A stretch of 64,000 bases of DNA from Squalus acanthias (GCA_030390025.1 CM059433.1:372001-436000); one strand, 5' to 3'; counted from the first letter of the stretch, positions 37,554-50,768 are shown. The notes: a model not told the origin generated them from the sequence alone. Program-made: numbers and translations.

Positions 37554-38804
37554 CTGACCACTATGGTTAAAATTCTTTCTCCTGCATCTTTTACTTTAGT
37601 CTGTTAAATGGCCTCACTAGACACTCAGGCCATTAGCAACCTCATTATTGACATTCAGCTAGCGATCAAAGAGTTAGGATGGTCTCCCAAATGGTGGGGT
37701 GACCATATTTAAAACTGAATAAAAATGTTGACACTTTTTAAGGAGGCAATGGAGAAGGACTGGTTTGATTTAGTCAGTATACAGTTAATAAACCCAACTG
37801 ATTACCAGAAAAGATAATCTGTGTGTCATCTCTACTGTACAATTCTTATCCTAGTTCGTGGACCACAAAATATTGTGTGGACTCCTGATTTGTTCTATAC
37901 AGTACTAACAGAGTTTGAATTACCGGATTTGCATTTGCTGCTTCACCAAATTTTTGGTTATTAAGAACACACAACTGAAATAGTCACAATATAGAAACTG
38001 ATAGAGAAATATCAGCTTCTGTCCTAATCACGTGATACACAAGCAGGGGCCATGAAACCCCTAATAGTAAATGTAAAACAGTAAACCTAAAACAAAAAAT
38101 ATTATTTTCCTACATATTATAAAGGATAAAACACTTTAGAGTGTGTTCTAAGACTGACGCACATGGGAGTTGAGATAATGGTTGATAAACTGTTCGAGTT
38201 GATTGGCATCTTTTAAGAAATAAAGGGTCGCACAGAGCCTGTTGTTTGTTAAAAAGCTGAGGTGATGTCACCATCGGCAACTGTGAAGCTTGAGCATTTT
38301 GGCATTGTTTTTCTGAACACTCAGATGTATTAGTTGTTAGTATATATGGGTATACACTTGGAAAAGGGTATACAGGATCTGGTTCTGTGCTCACAGGTGA
38401 TAGAGAAACTGGGGATTAGACCAGGAGGGATAGGTGGAGGCTGGATCCTGCGGTTGATGCGTGGGATAGAGTGAGCAGAAGCGGCAGGGACTTGAAGAAT
38501 GGGCAGGCTGGGGTCTGGAAGCATTTGGGGTGAGGAGAGAAGACAGCTTGAGGGTGAGACGCAGTGTGAACAGGCAGGGGCATAAGGCCTTTGCACAGCA
38601 TGGGGTGGATCTGTTAGCATGCATTCTCCTGAGGGTCTGTGCATGCATTTTAGTGTCAGGTGCTCTGCAAGGTGGCTCCTGGGATTTAGAGTCTGGACCC
38701 TGGGATGGCATTTGGTTTTTAAAATAACATAGTGAATGCCCAGCTCATGGATCAATGTTCTAGGATCTGAGCAGAAGGGAAAGGACGACAGCATTCAGGC
38801 TTGG

Positions 38805-39593
38805 GCTGATCAGTGGCAAGTTCCAGGCAATGACTGTCTCCAACAAGAGAGAGTCTAACCACCTCCCCTTGACATTCAACGGCACTACCATCGCTGAATC
38901 CCCCACCATCAACATCCTGGGGGTCACCGTTGACCAGAAACTTAACTGGACCAGACACACACATACTGTGGCAACAAGAGCAGGTCAGAGGCTGGGCATT
39001 CTGTGGCGAGTGTCTCACCTCCTGACTTCCCAAAGCCTTTCCACCATCTACAAGGCAGAAGTCAGGAGTGTGATGGAATACTCTCCACTTGCCTGGATCA
39101 GTGCAGCTCCAACAACACACAAGAAGCTCGACACCATCCAGGACAAAGCAGCCCGCTTGATCGGCACCCCATCCGCCACCTTAAACATTCACTCCCTCCT
39201 CCACCGGCGTACCGTGGCTTCAGTATGTCCCTTCTACAAGATGCACTGCAGCAACTTGCCAAGGCTTTTTTGACAGCACCTCCCAAACCCGCGACCTCTA
39301 CCACCTAGAAGGACAAGGGCAGCAGACGTATGGGAACACCATCACCGGCAAGTTCCCCTCCAAGTTGCACACCATCCTGACTTGGAAATATATCACCGTT
39401 CCTTCATTGTCGCTGGGTCAAAATCCTGGAACTCCCTCCCTAACAGCCCTGTGGGAGTACCTTCACCACACGGACTGCAGCGGTTCAAGAAAGCGGCTCA
39501 CCACCACCTTCTCGAGGGCAATTGGGGATGGGCAATAAATGCTGGCCTTGCCAGTGACACCCACATCCCAGGAACAAATTTAAAAAAAAAAAT
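38805..39593 (+). mobile_element. 3' fragment of the second LINE family with A-rich tail
   Basis: Homologous to 24255-24930 (IYKAEVRSVMEYSPLAW). Confidence 0.85.
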
Positions 39594-41449
39594 GAGGCTT
39601 GTGTAGTGGAAAATAGTTGGAGACTATTTTAATTAGAATTAGACAGTTATTTGCAAAAAAGGGGAACAGTTAAAGAATATGGGGAGTGAGCAGGAGGGAT
39701 TAGACTAAGTGACTCAGAGAGAAAAACATCAATCCTTCATCCTCCCACTGTTTGAACTTTGTCCAACTCTTGCATGAAAAAGTACACTTACCAGACTTTT
39801 TTAAATCTTGGGGCTTCGCCGTTTCGAAAAGGAGGGCTTCATGGGCCATTGCTTGTAAAATGTTTTTAGAGAGCCCAGTACTTAGAAGGCAGTTGCTTCA
39901 TGTTGCTATAGTTTTGAGATTTGAGCACCAGTGGCAATAGATACTTGAATCTTTTAAAAATACTTGAGGTGAGCATTAATAGTCAAAGGCCAACATATTT
40001 ATAATCGACAAAGCAAGAAGTAACTTTGGTGCCAGAAGTTGTGGAGGAGATTGCACACCCTCCCTGATCAAGACAGATGTGTTGAAGTAGCCTTTGTGAT
40101 CTCATTATCTTCGTAACGAGGAATGCGCATGACATCAGCTTAACTAATAGGGCTCACTATTGACTGGCACGAGCTCAGTTTGTTAACTCTGAGGGAATTC
40201 ATAAACATTCAATACTTGAGTTGTTTTGGAGATCTGTCAAACAATGATGGTAGTGTCGCAGACTGTGCGACTTCTACTATACATTACCGTTTTAATTTAT
40301 TTTTTAAAATTAAATTTTCATTTCACCACAAAACCTGAACACTATCCAGTATTGCAAAGTCTGCTGGTAGCGTTGATTGCTGACAGTTATTTTTAAAAGA
40401 AAAGTTTGCCCAATTAGGCCCCAAGGTGGATATTGCTGCTTCATGGAAAACTAGAGAAGTAAGTACTTCTACTGTTTACAAAATCCTTGTGCTTAATTTC
40501 AACATTCAAAATGTGATGACACTAGAAATGTACATGTAAAAATGTCTCTATAAACAGATAAGGTTTATTAGTATGCATTTAAAGTTTGTTGGAGTTAATG
40601 TAAAACAGAAATGGTCTGAATTAAAAATGTGTAGCTTTTCTGGTCCTGCTAAATTAATAATCCTGATTATTGGTATTGAGACTTCATTATGTTTCTGATA
40701 TGATGACACTGTGTAATCTTTTAAAAACAAAAATCTACTTTATTTGTTCATTATTCTTAAATCCTGCTTCGATCAGTGAGGTGGCTGTTTCCTTCTGCCT
40801 TCCCTTTAACTGAGATTATTTGGAACATTTCAGAGAGAACTTCATTGCATTCATGACTAATATGCTTCATATTTATTTTACAATTTTTTAAATGCAGTAA
40901 CCAGGAAATTTTACAAACACTGAAAGCAGACATGAGCAATACAGGAGCAGCTATTCCACTGGCAATAGGAGAATATTCAGGATTTTTCTGCTTCTGTTAT
41001 GCTGAAGGCAAAATCTAAACTGAAGTAGCTTCTGTTTCCATTTCTAGTTCCTCTTTAATCGAAGAGATTTGTTTCAGGTTAAAAAGGAAACATTTCAATT
41101 TGTTTTTTATAGAAATAGGGGATAAGAAGAACGAAAAGGCCAGAAGTATAATTAAATAAATACAATGGACAAGTTGCGAGTCTATTCTCAAAACTGCAGA
41201 TGTAACAGCTGAAAACCATGCTCTTCATTGGTGGTTATTGCCAAATTATTTTTGTTTTCCTAATATTTCCTCTCCTTTTTCCTCTCCTCTTCATGGAGAA
41301 AGAACAAGCATTTTCAAATGTTTTTGTTAAGAGGCATTTTGTGCTCCCTGTGGTGCAATTGCTCACTAAAACGTGTCCATTTTTCCTAAAATGGGACAGC
41401 TATCATCATTGTCAGTAAGTGTGAAGAACAACGTCTTTTTCACTATAAT

Positions 41450-42142
41450 GGGCCAAAAATTGATCCCGCTGCGCGAGAGTACGCACTGCATGCGCTGAAA
41501 ACCGGCACTTGGTCTTTGGAAAAGGGGGCGGTTCCTCGGTGCATCGCGTGCGCGCTACAGGCTGCGCGCGCGCTGTGCACTTCGTGCTTTGGACGCGCAG
41601 GTAAGGACGGAAGATTTTAGAAATGGAAAAAGGAGGAGTAAGACCCACTTTTAACAAGGTAAGTAGTGAATTAAGTATTTTTTTGAATTTTTTTTAACAG
41701 TTATATCTTTTTTAGAGACTTTAAAGACAGGTAAGTTTATTTTTATAACTTTATAAAAGATTTTAAATTTTTTCAAAAATTTTATTTTTTATTTAAAATG
41801 GTTAATTTATTTAACTATACTTATTTTATTAATGTGATGGTTTTTTTTAAAAATTTAATTGAGGTTTAGCTGTTATTTTGGGGGGGTGTAAGATTCATAG
41901 CTTTCACAGCACGTATGTGAAACTTATGAATGGAAGATGGTGTGCTGCCATTGGCTGTAACTGAGTCACGTGATCCCACAGCTCGCACGAATTCACTACG
42001 CCGGTGGGATACGCAAGCACTGCCCAGCTGATGTCTGGAACATCAAGTTCGTGCGAGCTGGATCTGAAAAAGCCAACGCGGAGTGAGAGATCGCGGGGAA
42101 GCCTTACCCCCGCGGGAACAGAGCGAGATCAATTTCTGGGCT
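41450..42142. mobile_element. MITE (PIF/Harbinger-like), copy 2, inverted relative to 4511-5275
   Basis: TIR GGGCCAAAAATTGATC/GATCAATTTCTGGGCT; AAT TSD. Confidence 0.85.
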
Positions 42143-43615
42143 AATATGTTCTAACACATCGGAACAGGAGTGAACCATTCAGCTTCTTGAGCCTGTTCCA
42201 CCATTCAATTAGAACATAGCTGATTTGTACCTCAACTCCATTTACCTGCCTTTAAGAACATAGGAGCAGGAGTAGGCCATACAGCCCCTCGAGCCTGCTC
42301 CGCCATTCAGTAAGATCATGGCTGATCATCGACCTCAACTCCACTTTCCCGCCCGATCTCCATATCCCTTAATTCACCTAGGGTCCAAAAATCTATCTAC
42401 CTCAGCCTTGAATCTACTCAAAGACTCAGCATGCACAGCCCTCTGGGGCAGAGAATTCCAAAGATTCACAACCCTCTGAGTGAAGAAATTCCTCCTCATC
42501 TCAGTCTTAAATGCCCCCTAGTTCTAGACACTTCAGCCAGGGGAAACAACCTCTCAGCATCTACCCTGTCAATCCCCTTCAGAATCTTGTATGTTTCAAT
42601 GAGATCACCTCTCATTCTTCTAAACTCCAGAGAGTATAGACCCATTCTACACAATCTCTCATCATAGAACAGCCCTCTCATCCCAGGAATCAATCTGGTG
42701 AACCTTCGTTGCACCGCCTCCAAGGCAAGTATATCCTTCCTTGGATAAGGAGACCAAAACTGTGCACAGTACTCCAGGTGTGGTCTCGCCAAGGCCCTGT
42801 ACAATTGTAGCAAGACTTCCTTACTCTTATACTCCAACCCCCTTGCAATAAAGGCCAACATGCCATTTGTCTTCCTTATTGCTTGCTGTAGCTGCATGCT
42901 AGCTTTCTGTGTTTCTTGCACGAGGACACCCAAATCTCTCTGAACACCAACATTTGAAAGTTTCTCACCATTTAAAAAAATTCTGTTTTTCTATTCTTCC
43001 TACCAAAGTGAATAACCTCACATTTCCCTACATTATACTCCATCTGCCACCTTATTGCCCGCTCACTTAGTTTATCTATATCCCTTTACAGACTCTTTGG
43101 GCTCGATTTTGCCAGGGCCGAGGAGGCGGGATTGGAGGCGTGTGAGGTGTTAAAATCGCAAAAAATGTCGTGCGGGCTCCATCCCGCCTCTGAGCAATTT
43201 TCCCAGAATCGGGGTTTCAGACCCCGTTTCCATCCCGCCTCCAAGAGGTGGGATAGGCCCTTAAGGCCCTTAACCACTTAATTGCCTTTATAATCCAATT
43301 TTGAGAGGCCTTTCTGATTTTTAGACATTGCCCCCATCCTACGCGCCGCCTCTGGAACACGCCAGGTAATCCTGGCGGCCTCACAAGTGGATTGCTTAGT
43401 AACAGCTGCAGCTCCACCATTTAAAAAGAAGTTTTCAGCAATCATCATTTGCAGGTGGCAGAACTTTGTTGTCTCAGGTCTGGGGGAACTTTTAGCAGGC
43501 TTACTCATTGTTGTGGATGTTTGGAGTCTGAGACCCATCTCCAGTGTGACCTCCTGGGAAACCCCTCTCCCCACCTTGACTGAGCGCTTCCTCAACTGAG
43601 GTATATAGCAGAAGC

Positions 43616-43912
43616 ATGGGAACCAATTATTTCCTTTCCTCCTGGACATCCGATTCGGACGAAGACCAGCCGCGACAGCAGCAGAACCCTGAACAACAGG
43701 AGCAACAACAGGAGCGGCAAGCTGCGGCTCACCCACCTGAAGCTGCACAGGCCAGAAGGCGTCAGAGCGTGACCACATTGCTGCCCGGGATGCAAGGGTC
43801 GCACTCATGTTGGCCAGATTTGCTTAGCCTGCACAATCAAACACTTTTGCCTCGCACCTTCTTACCAGAGCATCGAAAATGGACAAGAACCTGCGGATTC
43901 CTATCACTCTGA
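43616..43912 (+). CDS. 98-aa acidic/polyQ ORF, possibly an internally deleted transposase remnant
   Basis: AGCATGG start context; MGTNYFLSSWTSDSDEDQPRQQQ; AATAAA at ~44047; homolog open in copy B. Confidence 0.4.
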   Translation: MGTNYFLSSWTSDSDEDQPRQQQNPEQQEQQQERQAAAHPPEAAQARRRQSVTTLLPGMQGSHSCWPDLLSLHNQTLLPRTFLPEHRKWTRTCGFLSL

Positions 43913-44085
43913 CCATCATACTGACAATTGCAAGTCGCTCTAAGCCCTCAATGTGGAAGTCCCATTTGCGAAATGACACAGGCCACAACTTCAAAAGTTT
44001 GCCATCAGAAATTTTTATCACAACAGGCAACTGATGGCATTTCAAAAATAAACACAACATAACACCCAAGTGACTACCCTTGTGA

Positions 44086-45987
44086 CTACTTGTGCATTAT
44101 CTTCCTCTTTCGCGTGCTCCTACGTGGTGCTTCCCCTGTGGCTTCAGCAGATGTGGAGGCCCCTTGCTCACTTTCTTGCTGCTCCTGTCTTGACACCTTT
44201 GGCGGCCGTCCACTGGGGTTGCGAACCTGTGAGGGCTCGGCAACAGTCTGCTGCTCCTGCGGCTGTGCAGGGGATGAGACGCCCATCTGAATTGGGTGAG
44301 GACTCTGACCGAGGGCTTTGCAGTGGCATGGTCGAGTGAGCGCTTGGAGAGGAGCCCCCACTTCCTTGTTGTCTGCCACCAACATCCCTCTCATGGGTCA
44401 GCCCCACTTCAGAGCTAGCAAGTGGCTTGACAGCACCTTGCTGCACTGCAGGGGGGCCATGAGGACCCGTTTCTGCACTGGAAGTCCTACTCCAGAGGAC
44501 TTCCATGAAGGCCTGGTTTCTAAGCTTAATAGCTGACCATCACTCCTCAAGAGATGCCAGTCTATTCTGAACAATTACCATGTTTTCAACACTCTGGCGA
44601 CTTAGCTCCTCCATGGCCGTAGCCATCCTTTCCACGGAGGTTGCCATCCTTTCCGTGGTGATGCGTTCATGCACCAATGCCTTCACAAAGGCTCTGCTCA
44701 TGTTCGCGATGGACTCCTCCATTCACTCCACACTCGCAGCGACCCTGGAGACTAAACCTGCCAGAGACTCCTGCACCTGTTCCTGGAGTTCCAGCACCGC
44801 TTTCCTTCTGGATGGACCCGGAGGCACAGTGTCGACATGCAGCTGAGCCGAGCTGGCAGAGTCCTGCGCCCTCCGATGAGGACTCTCCACTGCTGTTCCC
44901 GTCTCCACCATCTGCTGATGCTCACTTGTGAGCTGTGATACACCAGGTGCCAACACTATTCTATCTTGCGAAGGTCCCACCGAGGTGTGAGTGTCTACGC
45001 TGGTGCTGGGTGCGCTGAATTCTGCTGATGCTGCGCCTTCTGAGGTTGCAGCGTCCTCTGAGAAGTCTGGAAGCTCAGGCTCTTCCTCCTGGACATTAGG
45101 AACGGGGGCTTTTGATGGTCCTGTGGGGGAGTAAAGGAAAGAGTTAGATATGTGAGGTCAAGGTTACATGAACATTGAATAGTGCAGATGATCATAAGTC
45201 AATCTGTTAGAGCATCAGATTCATTATCAGTGACTCGTGCAATATCAATGAGAGAGATGCCAAACTATTCTGTCACCAGCTTGCTGTGATGCGCCCGTCT
45301 GTCCGTCCCCCACTTGGGAATCCTTCTCGATCCCGGCGATTTCCAGGGCCGCCTCCTCCCAGGCGATGAGCTGGGCTACTGAGGGTGGCTCTCCTCCTGT
45401 CATGGCTCTTTCCCTTTTATTGTGGGCTCTCTTTTCCTGCAATGAGGGACACAAGTGGAGTTTGAGTGAGAATGAAGGAGTGAGTGTAGAGAATGCATAG
45501 CATTGATGCTTAGAAGGAGACAAAGGGCCCTCCCTGTGTGTTGTAAGTTGTTGCATCACAGTGATGGGGAATGTGAGGGCTACATGGTCGAATAGTTAAG
45601 TGAATGTGACCATAGAGAGAGGCAATGGGTAAGGGTGCAGAGATGTAAGTGTCAAGTGGGATGTGGAGGAAGAGGTTGGCAAAGCAGAGTGCTGGTGATG
45701 AGAGGCGATGGGGATCAGATTGAGGGTCATGGTGATGGAATACTCACTTTTCCTGTGCGGAGAAGGTCATGAAACCTCTTCCTGCATTGCAGCCAGGTTC
45801 TGCGGCTCATTGATATGGAGTTGACCTCCTCGGCCACTTGCAGCCACACAGCTTTAGTCTGCTGGGTGGCTTTTTTCTCCCTGAGGAAGGGAAGAGCACC
45901 TCCTTATTAGATCTTGCTCCCTGCACCAGAGCTTGGAGGGAGTGCTCATCGAAGCGTGGAGCACTTTTGCTTGCTGGTGGAAATGGT
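44086..45987 (-). pseudogene. Myb/SANT-like Harbinger protein gene, decayed (3 exons: ~45987-45748, 45436-45277, 45120-44086)
   Basis: Same splice sites as copy B, but start codon ATG>ATT, frameshifts and premature stops. Confidence 0.85.
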
Positions 45988-48216
45988 CGGTAAATGAAGT
46001 CCTTCATACAATTTCCAAAGCGTTTCCAGTCTCCAGAAGAAGCAAGGCTGCTTGCAGGTCTTAAATCCAGCAGCATTGATGACGTCATCGGAGGTGACTT
46101 TCTGTATGAAAAGACTCATTGGGCCAGTGGTTCCCACATGCTGGAAATCAATTGGCCAATTAGGGGAAAATCCCACTTATTCAACACTTCACTTCGGAGT
46201 CTGGGTCCTGACACGATTCCCACCTGACACGCCCCAGCCCGCCCACACTGGCAAAATCGAGCCCTTTGTGTTCTCCTCATAGCTTACTGTCCCACCTAGC
46301 TTTGTATTGTCAGCAAACTTGAATACATTGCACTCGGTCCCTTCATCTAGGTCATTAATATAGATTGTAAATAGCTAAGGCCCCAACACTGACCCTTGCG
46401 GCACCCCACTAGTTACAGCCTGCCAACCTGGAAAAGATCCGTTTATCCCTATTCTCTGTTTTCTGTCTGTTAACCAATCCTCTATCCATGTTACTATATT
46501 ACCCCCAACCCCATGAGCCCTAATCTTGTGTAATAACCTTTTATGTGGCACCTTATTGAATGCCTCTTGTAAATCCAAATATACTACATCCACTGGTTCC
46601 CCTTTATCTACCCTGCTAGTTACATCCTCAAAAAACTCTTAATAAATTTGTCAAACACGATTTCGTTTTCATAAAACCATGTTGACTCTGCCTAATCATG
46701 TTACGATTTTCTAATATAAAAAGGAAGAGTAGCTAAAGTAAATGTTGGTCCCCTAGAGGATGAGTCTAAGGAATTAATAATGGGGAAATGGCGGAGACTT
46801 TGAACACATATTTTGTATCGGTCTTCGTGGTAGAAGACAGTAAAAGCATCCCAATAATGGATAATCAAGGGTCGGGGGGGGCGGGCGGGGGGTGGGGGGG
46901 GAACTTAAAACAATCACTCTCACTAGAGAGAAAGTACTAGGCAAACTAATGGGTCTAAAGGTGGACAAGTCCCCTGGACGCGATGGCCTACATCCTAGAG
47001 TCTTAAAAGAGGTGGCTGCAGAGATGGTGGATGCATTGGTTGTAATCTACCAAAATTCCCTGGATTCTGGAGAGGTCCCAGCGGACTGGAAAACCACAAA
47101 TGTAATGCCCCTATTTAAGAAAGGAGGGAGACAGAAAGCAGGCAACTATCGACCAGTTAGCCGAACATCTGTCATTGGGGAAAATGCTGGAGTCCATCAT
47201 TAAGGAAGTGGTAGCAGGACATTTAGAAAATCATAATATAGTCAAGCAGAGTCAGCATGGTTTTATGAAAGGGAAATCATGTTTGACAAATTTGCTGGAG
47301 TTCTCAGAGGATGTAACGAGCAGGGTGGATAAAGGGGAACCAGTAGATGTCGTGTATTTGGATTTCCAGAAGGCATTCGATAAGGTGCCACATAAAAGGT
47401 CACTGCACAAGATAAGAGTTCACGGGGTTGGTGGTAATATATTAGCATGGATAGAGGATTGGCTAACTAACAAAACAGAGAGTCGGGATAAATGAGTCAT
47501 TTTCAGGTTGGTAAACTGTAACCAGTGGGGTGCCGCAGTGATCAGTGCTGGGACCTCAATCTATATTCATGACTTGGATGTAGGGACCGAATGTAATGTA
47601 GCCAAATTTGCTGATGATACAAAGGTAAGTGGGAAAGCAAATTGTTTGGAGGGCGCAAAGAATCTCCAAAGGGATATAGATAGGCTAAGTGAGTGGGCAA
47701 ACATCTGGCAGATGGAGTTTAATGTGGGAAAATGCGAGGTTATCCACTTTGGTAGGAAAAATAAAAAAGCAAATTATTATTTAAATGGGGAGAGATTACA
47801 AAATGCTGAGGTACAGAGGGATCTGGGGTCCTTGTACATGAATCACAAAAAGTTAGCATGCAGGTACAGCAAGTAATTAGGAAGGCAAATGGAATGTTGG
47901 CCTTTATTGCAAAGGGAATGGAGTATAAAAGTAGGCAAGTCCTGTTACAACTGTACAGGGCGTTGGTGAGACCACACCTGGAGTACTGCGTACAGTTTTG
48001 GTCTCCTTATTTAATTGGAGTTTAGAAGAATGAGAGGGGATCTTATGGAAACATATAGGGCTCGATTTTGCCATTGTGGTCGGGCTGTGGGGCGTGTCAG
48101 GACTCCGATGTGAAGTGGGAAAAAAGTGCGATTTCTTTTCCCTAATTGGGCACTTGATTTCCAGCGTGTGGGAACCCCTGGCCCAATTAGTCTTTCCATC
48201 CTGAAAGTTTCCTCCG

Positions 48217-48228
48217 ATGACGTCATCA
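48217..48228. promoter_or_regulatory. Palindromic CRE-like site upstream of the Myb gene
   Basis: GATGACGTCATC with nearby CCAAT/ATTGG boxes; same palindrome at 46078-46089 in copy A. Confidence 0.45.
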
Positions 48229-48320
48229 GTGCTGCTGGATTTAAGGCCTGCAAGCAGCCTTGCTTCTTCTGGAGACTGTGAACTTTATGCCCATTGTTGT
48301 GATCGCTTCATTCAGCAAAT

Positions 48321-50286
48321 ATGTCCAGCAGTAGGCCAAAGTGTGCTCCACGGTTCGATGACGCCGCCCTGCAAGCTCTGGTGGAGGGAGCAAGATCAAA
48401 TAAGGAGGTGCTCTTCCCTTCCTCAGGGAGGAAAAAGCCTCCCCAGCAGACTAAAGCTGTGTGGATGCAAGTGGCCCAGGAGGTCAACTCAATGTCTGTG
48501 TGCCACAGAACCTGGCTGCAGTGCAGGAAGAGGTTTCGTGACTTTCTCCGCACAGGAAAAGTGAGTATGCCTTTCCCATCACCCTCAATCTGATCTCCAT
48601 CGCCTCTCCTCACCAGCACTCAACTTTGCCAACCTCTTCCTCCACATCCCACTTGACACTGACATCCCTGCACCCTTACCCATTCCCCCTCTCTGTATGT
48701 TCACATGCACTTAACTATTCGACTACGCAGCCCTCACACTCCCTATCGCTGTGATGCTATGACAACAACTTACAACACACAGGGAGGGCCCTTGGTCTTG
48801 GCACCTCACTCCATTTTTGTCTCCTTCTAAGCATCTATGCTATGGAATCTCTACACTCACTCCTTCATTCTCACTCAAACTCCACTTGTGTCCCTAATTG
48901 CAGGAAAAGAGAGTCCACAATAAGAGGGAGAGGGCGAGGACAGGAGGAGGGCCACCCTCAGTAGCCCAGCTCACCACTGCGGAGGAGGCGGCCCTGGAGA
49001 TTGTGGGAGTGGAGGAGGATGCGCAAGTGGGGGATGGACAGATGGGTGCATCACAGCAAGCTGGTGACAGAATATCTTTGCATCTCTTTCATTGACATTG
49101 CATGAGTAACTGATAATGATTCTGAAGGTCTAACAGATTGACTTATCATCTGCACAATTCAATGTGCATGCAAACTTTACCTCACATCTCCAACTCTTTC
49201 CTTTACTCCCCCACAGGACCATCGACAGCCCCCGTCCCCATTGTCCAAGAGGAAGAGCCTGAGCTTCAAGACTCCTCAGAGGAAGCTGCAACCTTTGAGG
49301 GCGTAGCGTCATCCGAATTCAGCGCACCCAGCACCAGCGCAGACACTCACACCTCGGTGGAAACTGCGCGAGATAGTGTAGTGTTGTCACCTGGTGTATT
49401 ACAGCTCACAAGTGAGCATCAACAGATGGTGGAGACAGGGACAGCAGTGGAGAGTCCTCGTCGGAGGGCGCAGGACTCTGCCAGCTCGGCTCGGCTGCAT
49501 GTTGACCCTGTGCCTCCGGGTCCATCCAGCAGAAGAGCAGTCGGTGTTGGAACTCCAGGAACAGGTGCAGGAGTCTCTGGCAGGTTTAGTCTCCAGGGGT
49601 CGCTGCGAGTGGAGCGAATGGAGGGGTCCATCGCGAACATGATCAGAGCCTTTGTGGAGGCGTTGGTGCATGACTGCATCACCACGGAAAGGATGGCAAC
49701 CTCCTTGGAAAAGATGGCTACCGTAGAGGAGAGGATGGCTACGGCCATGGAGGAGCTTAGTCGCCAGGGTCGTGAAAACATGGTAATTGTTCAGAATAGA
49801 CTGACATCTCTTGAGGAGCGATGGTCAGCTATTGAGCAGAGAAACCAGACCTTCATGGAAGTCCTCTGGAGTAGGACTTCCAGTGCAGAAACGGGTCCTC
49901 ATGGCCCCACTGCAGTGCAGCAAGGTGCTGTCAAGCCACTTGCTAGCTCTGAAGTGGGGCTGACCCATGAGAGGGATATTGGTGGCAGACAACAAGGAAG
50001 TGGGGGCTCCTCTCCAAGCGCTCTCACGACCATGCCACTGCAGAGCCCTCGGTCAGAGCCCCACCAGAGTCCCCACCCAACTGAGATCGGCGTCTCAAGC
50101 CCTGCACAGCTGCAGGAGCAGCAGACTGTTGCCGAGCCCTCACAGGTTCGCAACCCCAGAGGACGCCCGCCAAAGGTGACGAGACAGGAGCAGCAAGAAA
50201 GTGAGCAAGGGGCCTCCACATCTGCTGAAGCCACAGGGGAAGCACCACGTAGGAGCACACGTAAGAGGAAGATAATGCACAAGTAG
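48321..50286 (+). CDS. Spliced Myb/SANT-like (trihelix) DNA-binding protein of Harbinger type, ~489 aa; exons 48321-48560, 48904-49063, 49217-50286
   Basis: APRFDDAAL..VLFP..W..VA.EVN....RTWLQCRKRFRD and RARTGGGPP motifs; canonical GT-AG introns of phase 0 and 1 join the exons in frame; coiled-coil, PRGRP, RKRK. Confidence 0.8.
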
Positions 50287-50459
50287 TCACAAGGGTAGTC
50301 ACTTGGGTGTAATGTTGTGTTTAATTTTGAAAAGCCATCAGTTGCTTATTGTCATAAAAAATTCTGATGGCAAACTGTTGCAGTTGTGGCGTGTGTCATT
50401 TTGCTAATGGGACTTCCACATTGAGGGCTTAGGGCGACTTGCAATTGTCAGTATGGTGG

Positions 50460-50768
50460 TCAGAGTGATAGGAATCCGCAGGTTCTTGGCCATTGTCGAT
50501 GGTCTGATAAGGTGCGAGGCAAAAGTGTTTGATTGTGCAGGCTAAGCAAATCTGGCCAACATGAGTGCGTCCCTTGCATCCCGGGCAGCAATGTGGTCGC
50601 GCGCTGGCGCCTTCTGGCTTGTGCAGCTTCAGGTGGGTGAGCAGCAGCTTGGCGCTCCTGTTGTTGCTGCTGCTGTTGGTGGTGCTGTTGTTCGTGGTTC
50701 TGCTGCTGCCACGGCTGGTCTTCGTCCGAATCTGATGTCCAGGAGAAAAGGAAATAAATGGTTCCCAT
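50460..50768 (-). CDS. 102-aa acidic/polyQ ORF convergent with the Myb gene
   Basis: MGTIYFLFSWTSDSDEDQPWQQQ...CGFLSL*; same start and stop as the copy A ORF. Confidence 0.4.
   Translation of the reverse strand: MGTIYFLFSWTSDSDEDQPWQQQNHEQQHHQQQQQQQERQAAAHPPEAAQARRRQRATTLLPGMQGTHSCWPDLLSLHNQTLLPRTLSDHRQWPRTCGFLSL

Larger units (their letters stand above)
43099..46264 (-). mobile_element. 3.17 kb Harbinger-type element without transposase, copy A
   Basis: Perfect 16-bp TIR GGGCTCGATTTTGCCA/TGGCAAAATCGAGCCC; TTT TSD; inserted in CR1. Confidence 0.92.

Noticed and set aside
43278..43808. 176-aa minus-strand ORF (and 50561-50863 +)
   Set aside because: Antisense to the CAG-rich ORF; length is not conserved between the two element copies
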